Shown: positions 51,771-62,784 of the stretch, in pieces
Numbering within the stretch: position 1 is the stretch's first letter
Layout of the letters: the number at the start of each line of letters is the position of its first letter
Source: Cyanobacteriota bacterium
GTDB lineage: Bacteria > Cyanobacteriota > Cyanobacteriia > Thermostichales > Thermostichaceae
Direction: 5' to 3'
NCBI GenBank assembly: GCA_033764955.1
Contig: JANRIL010000046.1
Location: forward strand, 24,486-88,485
Length of the DNA stretch: 64,000 bases
Notes under the pieces: generated by a model
The model's input: only the letters and a program-made list of their open reading frames with translations
What the model was told of the DNA's origin: nothing
The model's database searches: none
Made by a program: the position numbers and the translations under genes

Positions 51771-53039
51771 TTAGCGCATAAATTCCACCTGTGGGGGACG
51801 CTGCGGGATCCCTAAACGGCTCACCACCGGATCGGTTTGGGCAATGACGTGGCCGCGGCGCAGCACCGTCAAACAAACGGGTTTGAGGCGAATGGCTTCT
51901 ACCACGTCCCGCGCCTGCAAAATCACCAGATCGGCATAACACCCCTCCCGCAAACCATAATCCTCCAGACCCAAAATGGCCGCCGCCTGGGTGGTCACAG
52001 CAGCAAAACACTGGTGAATAGCCGCTATCGAGGTCATTTGTCCGACATGCACCGCCATATGCGCCACCTCCAGCATGTTGCCACTGCCCAGGGAATACCA
52101 CGGATCCATGACGCAATCATGCCCCAAAGCCACGCGGATCCCTGCCGCCATCAGCTCCGGCACACGGGTCATCCCCCGCCGCTTGGGATAGGTATCGTGC
52201 CGTCCCTGCAAGGTGATGTTGATCAGGGGGTTGGCCACCACCTGTACCTCCGCTTCCGCCATCAAGGGGATCAACTTGCTGACATAGTAGTTATCCATCG
52301 AGTGCATGGAGGTGAGATGGGATCCTGTCACTCGTCCCTGCAAGCCTAGCCGTTGGGTTTCGGCGGTGAGGGTTTCAATATGGCGAGACAGCGGATCATC
52401 CGTTTCATCACAGTGCATATCCACCCGCAAACCCCGCTCCGCCGCCAACTCACAGAGCGCCCGTACCGACGCGGATCCCTCCGCCATGGTTCGCTCAAAG
52501 TGGGGAATGCCCCCCACCACCTCTACCCCCCAATCCAGGGCTTTTTCTAAAAGGCGTATTGACGGCGGGGAACGATAATAGCCATCCTGCGGAAAAGCCA
52601 CCAACTGCAATTCCAGATAGGGCTTGACCCGCCGTTTCACCTCTAAGAGCGCCTCTACCGCCAACAACCGAGGATCCCCAATATCCACGTGCGAGCGGAT
52701 CGCCTGAATGCCCCGCGCCACTGCCCAGTCGCAATAGGTGAGCGCCCGCTCGATCAACGCCTCCGCCGTTAGATGCGGTTTCAGTTCTCCCCAGAGGGCG
52801 ATCCCCTCCAGCAACGTTCCCGATTGGTTGATGCGGGGCAAGCCAAAACTGAGGGTGGAGTCCATGTGAAAGTGGGCATCCACAAAGGGTGGACTCACTA
52901 ACCGACCTGTCGCATCAATTTCTTGGGGAGCCGTCGCCGCCAATTGAGGAGCAATAGCTACGATTCGCCCTGCCTGAATCCCGATATCGATAGGGGGGCG
53001 TCCATCCGGCAAGTGAGCACCCCGAATAATTAAATCCAT
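51771..53039 (-). CDS. codA: Cytosine deaminase-like amidohydrolase
   Basis: DAHFHMD, HCDETDD and GHDCVMDPWY motifs. Confidence 0.85.
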   Translation of the reverse strand: MDLIIRGAHLPDGRPPIDIGIQAGRIVAIAPQLAATAPQEIDATGRLVSPPFVDAHFHMDSTLSFGLPRINQSGTLLEGIALWGELKPHLTAEALIERALTYCDWAVARGIQAIRSHVDIGDPRLLAVEALLEVKRRVKPYLELQLVAFPQDGYYRSPPSIRLLEKALDWGVEVVGGIPHFERTMAEGSASVRALCELAAERGLRVDMHCDETDDPLSRHIETLTAETQRLGLQGRVTGSHLTSMHSMDNYYVSKLIPLMAEAEVQVVANPLINITLQGRHDTYPKRRGMTRVPELMAAGIRVALGHDCVMDPWYSLGSGNMLEVAHMAVHVGQMTSIAAIHQCFAAVTTQAAAILGLEDYGLREGCYADLVILQARDVVEAIRLKPVCLTVLRRGHVIAQTDPVVSRLGIPQRPPQVEFMR

Positions 53040-53116
53040 AGGGCTAAATCCATAGAGTATCGCAATTCCCAAGGAGTTCGATGGGCTGACTGGGGAATAT
53101 CTTTTTGAGTTTAGCT

Positions 53117-53992
53117 TCAGTGGCTAGCGGCGGCGTGATAGGAACTGCGTACCAACGGGCCAGAACGTACCTGCTGAAAGCCCATCGCCGCGGCTAACTC
53201 TCCCAATTCTGTAAATTCAGCGGGAGTCCAATAGCGAGCCACAGGCCGATGACTGAGGGAGGGCTGCAAATACTGTCCGAGGGTCACCCGCTCACATCCC
53301 ACTGCCCGCAGATCGCGCAGTGTTTCCATCACCTCGGCTTCGGTTTCCCCATGCCCCAACATCAGCCCTGACTTGGTGATCATCTGGGGATCCAAACTCT
53401 TGACGGTTTGCAGGACGTCGAGGGAGCGCTGATAGCCAGAACTGCGTCTGACCGCTTGGGAAAGCCGTCGCACGGTTTCGATATTGTGGTTATAACAGAC
53501 GGGCTGCGCCGCCACCACGGTAGCAATACAGTCGCGTTCTCCGCGAAAGTCGGGGGTAAGCACCTCAATTTTGGTGGCTGGACAGCGAGTGCGAATGGCT
53601 TGCATCACCAGCCCAAACCAACCCGCCCCTTGATCCGGTAGATCATCCCGTGCCACCGAGGTTAAGACCACATAGGTTAACCCCAACAGTTCCACCGCCT
53701 CAGCCACTTTCTCCGGTTCATGGGGATCCAATCCCTGTGGTTGACCTGTCGCCACCTGACAAAAGGAGCAGGCACGGGTACATATTCCTCCCATCAACAA
53801 AAACGTAGCCGTCTTTTGGCTATAGCACTCGGCGCGGTTGGGGCATCGCCCTTCCTCACAAATTGTGTGAATGCCGCGCTGTTTGATAATTTGTTGTACC
53901 GTCGAGATATCGCTGGCCTTGCCAATGGAGCGCTTCACCCAATCAGGCATTTCGGGGGCGGGGCGAGGGGGAGAGGTAACCATAGCCAACAA
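53117..53992 (-). CDS. lipA: Lipoyl synthase
   Basis: [20 protein letters not shown] and VRSSY motifs. Confidence 0.95.
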   Translation of the reverse strand: MLAMVTSPPRPAPEMPDWVKRSIGKASDISTVQQIIKQRGIHTICEEGRCPNRAECYSQKTATFLLMGGICTRACSFCQVATGQPQGLDPHEPEKVAEAVELLGLTYVVLTSVARDDLPDQGAGWFGLVMQAIRTRCPATKIEVLTPDFRGERDCIATVVAAQPVCYNHNIETVRRLSQAVRRSSGYQRSLDVLQTVKSLDPQMITKSGLMLGHGETEAEVMETLRDLRAVGCERVTLGQYLQPSLSHRPVARYWTPAEFTELGELAAAMGFQQVRSGPLVRSSYHAAASH

Positions 53993-54234
53993 TCGGGATC
54001 CCTAAACAACAACCATCCCCCCATCATCTCCCACAACCCAGTTATTGCCGCGGATTTTCTCAAGCTAGAGATGCTATTTAGGTGCAGCTCCCTGAGGATC
54101 GGTAAAGTTTTGGATCGGACCGCCTCTCCCGAAGCAGGCATTTGCCGTGAATTTTGGCTACCATTGCAAACTAAGGTTCCCTCTCAAAGATTTTGGCTAA
54201 ACAGTGACTGAACTTGGGGTGTTAAGCCCTTCAT

Positions 54235-55275
54235 TTGTCTCTAGTATTGGTTTCTATGTCCACTTCTAATCTGTTGGAATTAGCGAGAGAAGGGGATCCC
54301 CAAGCCATTGCGCGGGTGGTCAATCAGGCTTTACAACCCAAGGGGATCACGGCCAAAGCCATCTTACAAAGCGATGTCCTCAATATTGCCCTCGAATCGG
54401 CGAACCTTCCTCCCCGTCAAAAATTAGCCCCTCCGTTGCAAAAGATGTTGGTCAGGCTAGCCCCCCGCCTGATCCGAACAGTGCGTCTTTATGGCGTACA
54501 AACGGGATCCAAAACCCCCGATTGGTCGCAAACCTTCGATCTGTTGGAAGTAACTCCTACCCCCCCTCCACCTGTCGTTGCCTCTCCACCGTCCCCCGCT
54601 AATACCTCCCTCCCTCCCCTTCCCTTAGTCTCAGAAGACTGGGGTGTTTTGCCGGATCCCCTCCCCCAGACGGAAACTCAGCCAGCAACGCCAGAGCGAA
54701 CGCTCATAGGCGAAGCAAGGCTTTCCTCTGGTTCCTCCCCCAGCAACGCAGACAATCCAGAGCGATCCTTTCCATCGGATCCGCTATCGGATCCCACCAT
54801 TGAGCCATCCGCTCTAGAGATCACGCTGCTGGATGCTGCCGATAGCCTCGTTCAGGTTAGCGAGTCTCCCACCGTAACCCTTGCTCCCACTTCTGCCCCA
54901 GAGATAGGGCAGTCCGCCGCGGGGATCCCCCTCAGCTTTGTCCCACCCGAACACAACTCGGCGGGTGAATTTTTGTTAGCCTTTTTAGCTGACCTAAAAG
55001 TTTCTCATCTTTTGATGGCTGCCCGTTGGTTGGGTATTGATTTATCCCAGGCTTTTGCGGATCGGCAACATTTGGAGCAGGTCATCTATCAGCACATTGA
55101 GCAACTCCTGCCACAAGCGGAGGGAGATCTAGACAGCTATTCGGAAGCCGAATTACGATCGATTGGCTTAGCCCTACAAATGCAGCAACTCAGCCAAATG
55201 GATCCCCACCAATTGGTGGCCTACCTAGCTGAGCAAGGCTTAGAAGAGAGCTACTTAAAAGAGGGCGGAGCCTGA
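54235..55275 (+). CDS. Hypothetical protein with a cyanobacterial N-terminal domain and Pro-rich linker
   Basis: LLELA..GDP.AIA...N..L..KGITA and V..YG...G...PDW motifs. Start probably ATG 54256. Confidence 0.7.
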   Translation: MSLVLVSMSTSNLLELAREGDPQAIARVVNQALQPKGITAKAILQSDVLNIALESANLPPRQKLAPPLQKMLVRLAPRLIRTVRLYGVQTGSKTPDWSQTFDLLEVTPTPPPPVVASPPSPANTSLPPLPLVSEDWGVLPDPLPQTETQPATPERTLIGEARLSSGSSPSNADNPERSFPSDPLSDPTIEPSALEITLLDAADSLVQVSESPTVTLAPTSAPEIGQSAAGIPLSFVPPEHNSAGEFLLAFLADLKVSHLLMAARWLGIDLSQAFADRQHLEQVIYQHIEQLLPQAEGDLDSYSEAELRSIGLALQMQQLSQMDPHQLVAYLAEQGLEESYLKEGGA

Positions 55276-55859
55276 GCAATCGCTTGCAGCCGTTGCAGTC
55301 GCATCATCGATAAAACATCGGTTCGATCCAGCTTTTGTACCTGTTCCAGAGCCGTCAACAAATGACGGGCTGCCGCCTGCCGATCATAGCCACGAAACTG
55401 GGCGCGTTGCAGGGCAAATTCATCGGCATCAAAATGTACCGTCTCACTGTGCAAATCCTGCCAAATTTGCTTTACCGCCAGCCCCGTCACCCCCGCTCCC
55501 AACAGCAACGCAAAGGGGTTGTGCATAACTGCCTCATACAAAGTGGCTATCCCTCCTACTGTGGCGATGGCCTGATAGAGTCCCGGCTGTAGCCAAGTGC
55601 GACTGTCAAACCACCCCGCCTCCCGCAAAAATAGGAGATCCCGTTGGGGTTGCGGGATCCCTTGCCAGATAGGAAAGTTAATCTGAATCACGCCGTTGGG
55701 TTGCCAGGGAGGGCGAGGTTTAAGACCCAACAACGCCCCACTGCTATAAGCAGGAGCCGCCTCAATCGCCAGCAGGGGACGCAAAGAAGCGGGCAATAAA
55801 TCCCGCAAACGCTGAATCTCGGCTAGCTCAAAACTTTTGATATCCGCAAAACTGGTCAT
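55251..55859 (-). CDS. DUF3318-like protein
   Basis: EI.RL.DLLPAS.R, QRDLLFL and ADEFA...A..RGY motifs. Confidence 0.7.
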   Translation of the reverse strand: MTSFADIKSFELAEIQRLRDLLPASLRPLLAIEAAPAYSSGALLGLKPRPPWQPNGVIQINFPIWQGIPQPQRDLLFLREAGWFDSRTWLQPGLYQAIATVGGIATLYEAVMHNPFALLLGAGVTGLAVKQIWQDLHSETVHFDADEFALQRAQFRGYDRQAAARHLLTALEQVQKLDRTDVLSMMRLQRLQAIAQAPPSFK

Positions 55860-55947
55860 AAGGGGGAGCGCTCAATCCTTGAACCATCAGGATATTAACC
55901 GGATGGGGTGGGATCCCGGTAGCCTGAGCCTGCTATGGAAGAAGAGG

Positions 55948-56445
55948 CTAGGGCTGAAAATGGTGGGTAAATCCGCTGATCAACGCTTCCATCGGAGCTA
56001 CGGAGGTATCCCCCAATTCTGCTTCCGCTTCTTGGGCAACCGCTTCCACGATGTCATTTGGTAGCCCCAGTGCCTTGACCAGTTCGGTAAACGCCACCTG
56101 TTCATCCATATTCACTATTGGCTCATCGGGAGTACGGGCACTGGCCGCTATCACCAAATATCCCAACTTGAGGACTAAGCGTTTATCGGCTGTTTCGGTG
56201 AGCTTAGGCAAAACCTCGCTGAGGGGGACATGCTGCAAAAAGTAGTCTTGAATCTGACGGGCTAACTGACCCTGTTGCTGGGGATCCCTGGCAAAATGGT
56301 GGGAGAGTTGTGCCGCCATCACATCAATCTCGGCGGGTTCCAACACCCCATCTGACCAAGCCATAGCCGTGACCGCCCGCAGCAAGTTCATTTGGTGGGG
56401 CGTAATGGAGGGTGGGAGAGGAGCATCCATAGATAAACAGGACAA
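55948..56445 (-). CDS. TerB-like protein
   Basis: NLLR.V..MAWSDG.L...E motif. Confidence 0.75.
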   Translation of the reverse strand: MSCLSMDAPLPPSITPHQMNLLRAVTAMAWSDGVLEPAEIDVMAAQLSHHFARDPQQQGQLARQIQDYFLQHVPLSEVLPKLTETADKRLVLKLGYLVIAASARTPDEPIVNMDEQVAFTELVKALGLPNDIVEAVAQEAEAELGDTSVAPMEALISGFTHHFQP

Positions 56446-56511
56446 AGGGGGTGGCTACCTGTTAGTTTATGATCGATACTGAGGTGCCCATCGTTAAGAA
56501 TGGTTGCTCCT

Positions 56512-56596
56512 GGAGAGGTGGTAGAGTGGTTGATTGCGTCGGTCTTGAAAACCGAAGGGGTGAAAGCCCCCGTGGGTTCGAATCCCACCCTCTCCG
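56512..56596 (+). tRNA. trnS: tRNA-Ser (anticodon TGA)
   Basis: GGAGAGG/CCTCTCC acceptor stem, TCGGT-CTTGAAA-ACCGA anticodon arm, long variable arm, GGTTCGAATCC T-arm. Confidence 0.97.
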
Positions 56597-56758
56597 TTGA
56601 TGGCAAATGCCTAAATCGATGAAAAATCGAGCGGTAAGCCAAAGCAATCTAAAGACAATAAGCCCCTTCATGCTTGCTGGGGCTAGGATCCCTCCTCAGT
56701 CGAATCAGGAGAGAACTTTATTGATTTATAATCTTTTACTTAGCCTTTCCAGAAACCT

Positions 56759-57187
56759 ATGGCAAAATCTCCCAAAAAAAACGAGCCTTTCCCCCCTTCC
56801 GTCAACGCCATCATCCCCGGTGAATTTCTGATCGAGGAAACCCCGATTCAGGCCAACCTAGGGCGCACCACCCTAGCCTTATCAGTCACTAACTGTGGGG
56901 ATCGACCGGTGCAGGTGGGATCCCATTTTCATTTTTTTGAAGTAAACCGTGCTCTTACCTTTGATCGAGCCGCTGCCTTCGGCATGAGACTGAATATTCC
57001 CTCTGGCTATGCCGTGCGCTTTGAGCCCGGTCAAACCCACACCGTTCAGCTAGTCAGCTTGAGCGGAAAAGGCGTCGTGCATGGTCTCAATAACCTGACC
57101 TGTGGCAGTGTCAAAGTGCCTAGCCAAAAACAAAAGGCTTTATCAGCTCTTCAGCAGTGGGATCCAAGGAGTAGTGCCCTCTCCTAA
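56759..57187 (+). CDS. ureB: Urease subunit beta
   Basis: [17 protein letters not shown] and G.RLNIPSG.AVRFEPG motifs. Confidence 0.95.
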   Translation: MAKSPKKNEPFPPSVNAIIPGEFLIEETPIQANLGRTTLALSVTNCGDRPVQVGSHFHFFEVNRALTFDRAAAFGMRLNIPSGYAVRFEPGQTHTVQLVSLSGKGVVHGLNNLTCGSVKVPSQKQKALSALQQWDPRSSALS

Positions 57188-57218
57188 ACATCTCTTCTCA
57201 ATACGTTCGATGAAAGAG

Positions 57219-57464
57219 TCAGGATGGGGATCCAATCATCCGTTCTTCCTGATGCCATTGCCGCATCAACTCTTGAGCAGACTGAGGCGTAAAGTAGTCA
57301 AGCTCCAGTAACTTGCGATAGGCCATGACTTGGCGCACTTCTGGAGAGAGTTGAGCATGGCGATAATAGTAGTGAATTTGAGCAATGCGATTTTCCATTG
57401 CCTCAAAGGCTTTATGAGAGGCTTTTCCCCCCGGCTTGGCTTGTGAACGAAATAAGGAAAACAT
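57219..57464 (-). CDS. Small hypothetical protein
   Basis: 81-aa ORF with GGAGG RBS. Confidence 0.5.
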   Translation of the reverse strand: MFSLFRSQAKPGGKASHKAFEAMENRIAQIHYYYRHAQLSPEVRQVMAYRKLLELDYFTPQSAQELMRQWHQEERMIGSPS

Positions 57465-57596
57465 AGGACAACCTCCCTTAACCTGAACCACTCGACAGTT
57501 ACTTTATGTGCTCTTGATATTGTAAAGCTAGCATGAACCCAATTCGCCGGAAAAGACCTTTGCCAAAATTCAGTATGGATCCGTGGTAGTCTGTGC

Positions 57597-57752
57597 AGGA
57601 TTTCTGGGTATGCTTACAGACTCAGCTCTTGACCAAGGTAACTAACAGGCCAACCACGAGTTCTCACTTCCGCAGAACTCCCACAGAGCCAACAGAGAAT
57701 AGTGACTGGGGACTGAATCGGGACTGAATCTTTTACCCGATAAGGTCAGCTT
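57597..57752 (+). ncRNA. ssrS: Probable 6S RNA (cyanobacterial SsaA/6Sa)
   Basis: Recalled cyanobacterial 6S motifs CAGACTCAGCTCTTGACC..GTAACTAA and CAACAGAGAATAGTGACTGG. The 5' GGGTA pairs with the 3' TACCC; extended -10 TGGTAGTCT upstream. Ends approximate. Confidence 0.65.
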
Positions 57753-57902
57753 ACCGTAAAAATACGGAGCGAGACTCTGTGGTTTCGAGCAGTCATTGCT
57801 CTCTGTGATTAGTCCCCGATGAATTTGGGTATACTGCGTTCGGTCGTCACTCTTCCGGCTCTGGGGGTGTCAGGGATCCCTCGATTTGCCTTGGGGGAGT
57901 AA

Positions 57903-58211
57903 TCAATAGGGGTAGGGATAATCTTCATCGCCATCCAGTAGCCACATTACGGAAACTCCTAAAGCGCGGGCAAAGGCAACCAATTCCTTGTCCATGACTC
58001 GTCGCTTACCGTTCTCAATTTGTCCTACCTTTACATAATCCAGATGAACTCCGTAGCGAGACAGCCGTCCCGCCAGTTGATCTTGGGTCAGTTGCAGTCG
58101 CTCCCGCATCCAACGCACCCGTCCTCCGATTAAATTGGCAGCTTCTGGAGAGGCAGACTCAGGGGTCATGATCGAAAATCGTTGGTTACCTAACCGGATT
58201 GATCTTGGCAT
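57903..58211 (-). CDS. XRE-family HTH regulator
   Basis: IG.RVR..R....LTQDQLA and IENG.R.V.D.EL..FARALGV motifs. Start probably 58169. Confidence 0.85.
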   Translation of the reverse strand: MPRSIRLGNQRFSIMTPESASPEAANLIGGRVRWMRERLQLTQDQLAGRLSRYGVHLDYVKVGQIENGKRRVMDKELVAFARALGVSVMWLLDGDEDYPYPY

Positions 58212-58407
58212 CTCAGCACAGAGCTAGCCAAATTTTTTCCGAAAAATCCCCTTGAAATGGGATTTATCAGGGATCCCTCGCCAACGGAGCAAGAGACAGC
58301 CATCAACCCAGGTCTAGAGTAATCCCAGGGATCCCTAAATCTTGATGATCGATTTTCGCTCTCTGTGGAGTCGAAACGTTTCTTAAACTGAGATCACGAT
58401 AAAACCT

Positions 58408-59484
58408 ATGGGAGTCGGCAGCGTGATTGCCACCGATTTTGATCGAGAAAACCATTCTTCTGAACCGGACTGCGATGTTTTGGCAACGGATCCCTGGGCA
58501 GATCTGACGGCAGCTAGTCCCTCCGTACCCCTCTCCAGCAGTGAAGACACCATTGATCAATATCTCAACGAAATTGGCCGCGTCCCGCGCATCGATCACG
58601 CCGAAGAAATCGAACTGTCTCGCCTGATTCAGACCAAAATTAAGTTGGAGGCTGCTCAATTCGACCTGGCCACGACACTAGGACGGGATCCCCAACCCCA
58701 AGAGTGGGCGAATCATCTGGGGATGAGCGTCGCTAGTTTGCGAAGCCAGTTGCGCCAGGGAGAGCGTGCCCAGCAAAAACTCATCAATGCCAATCTGCGA
58801 TTAGTCGTGAGTGTTGCCAAAAAATATCTGAATCGAGGCGTGCCCTTTTTGGATTTGATTCAGGAGGGCAACATCGGTCTGATTCGCGCCACCGAAAAAT
58901 TTGATGCCGAACGGGGCTATCGCTTCAGCACCTATGCCCATTGGTGGATTCGTCAGGGCATCACACGCTGTATTGCTAACCAAGCCCGCACCATCCGCTT
59001 ACCCGTCCATATGGTAGACAAAGTGCGTCTCCTGAAGCGCACCCTGCGGGATTTTATGAAGCTGAATGGTAAAAAACCCACCGAATTAGAACTCGCCAAT
59101 GCCTTAGGGATCCGCGTCAAAAAGCTGCGGATGATTCAGCAGGCGGCGGCGTTGCCCCTGTCGTTGGATGTAGCGGTTGGGCCGGAAGGGGAGAGTCGGC
59201 TGGGAGATTTGTTGGAGGATGTGCATAATGAGCCACCCTTTCAAGAAATGCTTAGCCAATCCCTCAGCCAAGATGTAGAGGCGGCGCTGGCGGAACTCAA
59301 GCCCATCGAGCGACAGATCCTCCGTCTGCGCTATGGACTGGAGGGGAGTAAAGCCTATACTCTGCGGGAGGTGGGGGAACAATTTGATCTGACCCGTGAG
59401 CGGATCCGCCAAATTGAAAAAGATGCTTTGCGTAAACTGCGCCTTGCTCATCCCGTCCGTAATTTGGCTCACTACATTCGCTAA
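58408..59484 (+). CDS. Group 2 RpoD/SigA-family sigma factor
   Basis: D....YL.EIGR, NLRLVVSVAKKYLNRG, FSTYAHWWIRQ and TRERIRQIE motifs. Confidence 0.9.
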   Translation: MGVGSVIATDFDRENHSSEPDCDVLATDPWADLTAASPSVPLSSSEDTIDQYLNEIGRVPRIDHAEEIELSRLIQTKIKLEAAQFDLATTLGRDPQPQEWANHLGMSVASLRSQLRQGERAQQKLINANLRLVVSVAKKYLNRGVPFLDLIQEGNIGLIRATEKFDAERGYRFSTYAHWWIRQGITRCIANQARTIRLPVHMVDKVRLLKRTLRDFMKLNGKKPTELELANALGIRVKKLRMIQQAAALPLSLDVAVGPEGESRLGDLLEDVHNEPPFQEMLSQSLSQDVEAALAELKPIERQILRLRYGLEGSKAYTLREVGEQFDLTRERIRQIEKDALRKLRLAHPVRNLAHYIR

Positions 59485-59543
59485 GTCTAGAGCGAGTCGC
59501 TTCTTCCCCTGGGATCCCAGGCACCCTTTCCCCACCCTCTGGC

Positions 59544-60647
59544 TCAAACCAGTGCTGCTAATGCTTGGCTGACATCCGCCTCAGTGACCTGTTGTGTGAT
59601 TTCTACTTGCCCAAGTTTTCGGGGCAAAATAAATTGAACTTTTCCCTGCTTTATCTTTTTGTCCGCTTGCATCGCTCGTAATAGATCGGCTAGAGAAACA
59701 TCACTGGGCCAACGGGTGGGCAAGCCGGCTTTGGCGAGCAGTTGGGTTTGTCGTTGCTGCTCTGTGTCGCCCCACCAGCCCAGGTTTACGCCTATCTGCC
59801 CCGCCGCGATCATCCCTAAACCCACGGCTTCCCCATGTCGATAGCGGCGGTAGTGGGTTACGCTTTCCAGGGCGTGACCGAGGGTATGTCCGTAATTGAG
59901 AATGGCTCGTAGTCCGCCTTCTTTTTCGTCCTGCTGCACCACCCAAGCCTTACACTCGGCGGATCGCACCAGGAGATGGTGCAGATCGGGGGGTGAGTAA
60001 TGGCGGTAATGACTGAGGTCAGGGATCCCTTCCAAAAACTCAACAATATCAGGGGCTTGGATGACACCGTATTTGATCACCTCCGCCAGTGCGGAGCGCA
60101 GCTCGCGGGTGGGTAAAGTTTTGAGCACGAGCGGATCCATCCAGACCAGACTGGGTTGATGAAAAGCCCCGATCAGGTTTTTGCCCTGCGGGTGGTTGAC
60201 CCCCGTTTTGCCGCCAATCGACGCATCTACCATCGCCAGCAGGGAGGTGGGCACCTGCACAAAGGGGATCCCGCGCAACCAAGTAGCCGCCGCAAACCCC
60301 GCCATATCCCCGATCACCCCTCCCCCCAACGCTACTATCACCGAGGAGCGTTCCAAGCCCGCTGCCAAAGCGGCATCGTAGATTTGACTGACCGACTTGA
60401 GGGTTTTATACCGCTCCCCTGCCGGAATGCAACAAATCTGGACTTGAAAGCCCGCCGCCGTCAGCCCCGATAAAACCGTTTCTCCATATAGCTTGGCAAT
60501 GGCAGGATTGCTCACCAACAAAATTTTCCCCCCTAACCCCAGGGTTGCCATCTGGGATCCCAACTGCCCCAGGATCCCCCCTTGAATGACAATCTGATAG
60601 GGATGAGTGGGCAACTTTACCGGAATAACGGCATCAAACATCCACAA
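59544..60647 (-). CDS. aroB: 3-dehydroquinate synthase
   Basis: GGGVIGD, DASIGGKTGVN and LNYGHTLGHALE motifs. Confidence 0.96.
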   Translation of the reverse strand: MWMFDAVIPVKLPTHPYQIVIQGGILGQLGSQMATLGLGGKILLVSNPAIAKLYGETVLSGLTAAGFQVQICCIPAGERYKTLKSVSQIYDAALAAGLERSSVIVALGGGVIGDMAGFAAATWLRGIPFVQVPTSLLAMVDASIGGKTGVNHPQGKNLIGAFHQPSLVWMDPLVLKTLPTRELRSALAEVIKYGVIQAPDIVEFLEGIPDLSHYRHYSPPDLHHLLVRSAECKAWVVQQDEKEGGLRAILNYGHTLGHALESVTHYRRYRHGEAVGLGMIAAGQIGVNLGWWGDTEQQRQTQLLAKAGLPTRWPSDVSLADLLRAMQADKKIKQGKVQFILPRKLGQVEITQQVTEADVSQALAALV

Positions 60648-60653
60648 CTCTCC

Positions 60654-61112
60654 TTAGGGGTGCCACGCAATAGCCTCAATCTCCACCAGGGCATCTTTGG
60701 GCAGCCGAGCCACCTCTACGCAGGAACGCGCCGGAGCCGGATCCCCAGCAAAATAGCGGGCATACACCTGATTCATGGCCGCAAAATCCCCCATATTGGC
60801 TAGATAAACGGTGGTTTTGACCACATGATCCAGGGAGGTTCCCCCCGCTGCCAGCACAGCTTTGAGGTTTTCTAAAACCTGGATGGTTTGGCTGGTGATG
60901 TCGGATCCCGCCATTTGTCCGGTTTGTGGATCGAGGGCAATCTGTCCGGCGGTGAAAATAAATGGCCCTTGGGCGGCGATCCCTTGGCTATAAGGGCCTA
61001 CCGGAGCCGGAGCCTGTGGTGTCACGATTTGACAGCGACCAAAACCAACCGCCGGAGCTTGCGTATCTGGTGTCATAACCACAGGGATTCCTAGGATAGC
61101 TTCGAGGCTCAA
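60654..61112 (-). CDS. ridA: RidA / YjgF family protein
   Basis: GPYSQ, AGQI, PARS.V.V..LP and VEIEAIA motifs; start uncertain. Confidence 0.88.
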   Translation of the reverse strand: MSLEAILGIPVVMTPDTQAPAVGFGRCQIVTPQAPAPVGPYSQGIAAQGPFIFTAGQIALDPQTGQMAGSDITSQTIQVLENLKAVLAAGGTSLDHVVKTTVYLANMGDFAAMNQVYARYFAGDPAPARSCVEVARLPKDALVEIEAIAWHP

Positions 61113-61182
61113 GGTATCACAAAATCCCTGCTCTCCATCAGCCCTGGGCTAAGCTGATAAAGAAGTTGTAATTGGTAATGGC

Positions 61183-61368
61183 ATGGACAGCGCCGAAGTT
61201 GCCGCCCTGAAAGAGCGCATTCAGTTGATCCGCGACCGTCGCCCCACTGTGGCTCGTCTTCTGGAAAAGCCGGATTTGGGAACCCTGCGGGTGGATGTCA
61301 ACCAAGCTCTTGAAGAAATTGATGAACTGATTGACGAGTTTGAGCAAACCTTTGAGCAATCTCTCTAG
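61183..61368 (+). CDS. Small cyanobacterial coiled-coil protein
   Basis: LLE.P.LGTLR.DVNQALEE.D.L motif. Confidence 0.65.
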   Translation: MDSAEVAALKERIQLIRDRRPTVARLLEKPDLGTLRVDVNQALEEIDELIDEFEQTFEQSL

Positions 61369-61689
61369 GAGATCTCTGGCCTCGATACCTAGGCTGGGGA
61401 TCCCTAGAGCTTTGTATCCAGGACAAAAAAAGGGGCAAAACCACCCCATTTGTTGCTCTTCCTCGATATTTTATTGCCCAAAATCCTGCCTAGACTTAAG
61501 AGGAGTTTATGACCAATCCCAGTGGGGAGGATAAGTCATTGACTTTGGTTAATTTGACTACCAATTTTCAAGTATTCGGCGAATTTGCAAAAGCCAGTCA
61601 GTAGCCGTATCGCACACTACCACCATGATCCCCGGACAGTGTTAGCTTGAATGGAAGGTTAGAGAACAATGGGGACGGTTAACTGAATT

Positions 61690-61971
61690 ATGCAAACTCT
61701 TGATGCTATTTCTCAGTCGGATCATGGCGAAATTCTCACCTGCTGCTATGTGAATGCAACGGGAGCCATTCAAATTGCCCGCATCACCAATATCGACAAT
61801 TGGTATTTTGAACGAGTCGTATTTCCGGGGCAACGACTGCTGTTTGAAGCAGTCTCAGAAGCCAAGCTGGAGATACATACTGGGATGATGGCCAGCTCCA
61901 TTTTGGCCGACACCATTCCCTGCGAAAATTTGCGAATTCGTGAGACTTCTCTACAAAAAGTTGCTGTTTGA
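61690..61971 (+). CDS. DUF1830-like protein
   Basis: CCYVNAT..IQIARITNI..WYFERVVFPGQRLLFEA motif. Confidence 0.8.
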   Translation: MQTLDAISQSDHGEILTCCYVNATGAIQIARITNIDNWYFERVVFPGQRLLFEAVSEAKLEIHTGMMASSILADTIPCENLRIRETSLQKVAV

Positions 61972-62190
61972 GTGGCAAGCTAGTAATTACTCATACTGAT
62001 TGCTCCTTCAGATACATTTTTGTCATTTCCCTAAAATAAAATCAATTTTCCACAAGATTTTCCTGTTTGATTGCGAATGTGCTTTTTGTCACATCTCTCT
62101 GATTTTTGCTTAGCCTTTTCCTGGTATTTCACGATTAGCATCTACCCTGGTTGCCCTACTATTTGATAGGGATAGTCAGCTATCAGTGGT

Positions 62191-62676
62191 TTAGATCTCT
62201 TTGCTGCTAGTGGTGAGGGCTTTTTGGATGTCAAGGTCAAGTCCAGCCACCGACTGTAATACGGAGCGAGTGATCAGTTTGCCCTGGGGAACGAGGGTTT
62301 GTCCAGTTACGGGATGGAGAAGGGGTTGCTCGGCGCGTCGTCCAATCAGTGCTTCGATGTCTTTGAAGGCGTTGATATACATACCCAGAGGTAACTCAAC
62401 CACCACCCCATCTCCAACTACACGGGCTTGACAGGCTAGGCGTGAGTGAGGTTGACAGGTAGTGATTACTTCCAGGGTGCGCTGTTCACGGCGATTGATC
62501 GGGGAGAGGGATTCCATACCCGCTTTTACGTAAACATGGCAGGTGGCACAGAGTCCTCGCCCACCACATTCTTTGAGAATATCTAATTCCTCTCTCAAGA
62601 GAAGCGAGAGAAGGTTATTGTTAGTGGCAATCTCTGCCACTTGGGCAATTGGATCAAGGCGCACCTGCTTGACCAT
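62191..62676 (-). CDS. 2Fe-2S ferredoxin-domain protein
   Basis: CGGRGLCATCHV and RLACQ motifs. Confidence 0.85.
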   Translation of the reverse strand: MVKQVRLDPIAQVAEIATNNNLLSLLLREELDILKECGGRGLCATCHVYVKAGMESLSPINRREQRTLEVITTCQPHSRLACQARVVGDGVVVELPLGMYINAFKDIEALIGRRAEQPLLHPVTGQTLVPQGKLITRSVLQSVAGLDLDIQKALTTSSKEI

Positions 62677-62784
62677 AGGGGGGATCCCTCAATTTTTGCC
62701 ATAATGCTTTACATTAACCTGCCCATGGGGATCCTGTCCTTAATTGAGTAGACAAGGAGAGCCAGCAGCATCGGGGGGGAAGTC

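Noticed and set aside
56512..56760. tRNA-Ser as a possible island integration site
   Set aside because: No integrase, no duplicated tRNA 3' end, and flanking genes look native.
61983..61996. Perfect NtcA-like GTA-N8-TAC
   Set aside because: Lies just after a stop codon between convergent genes, with no gene start to regulate.
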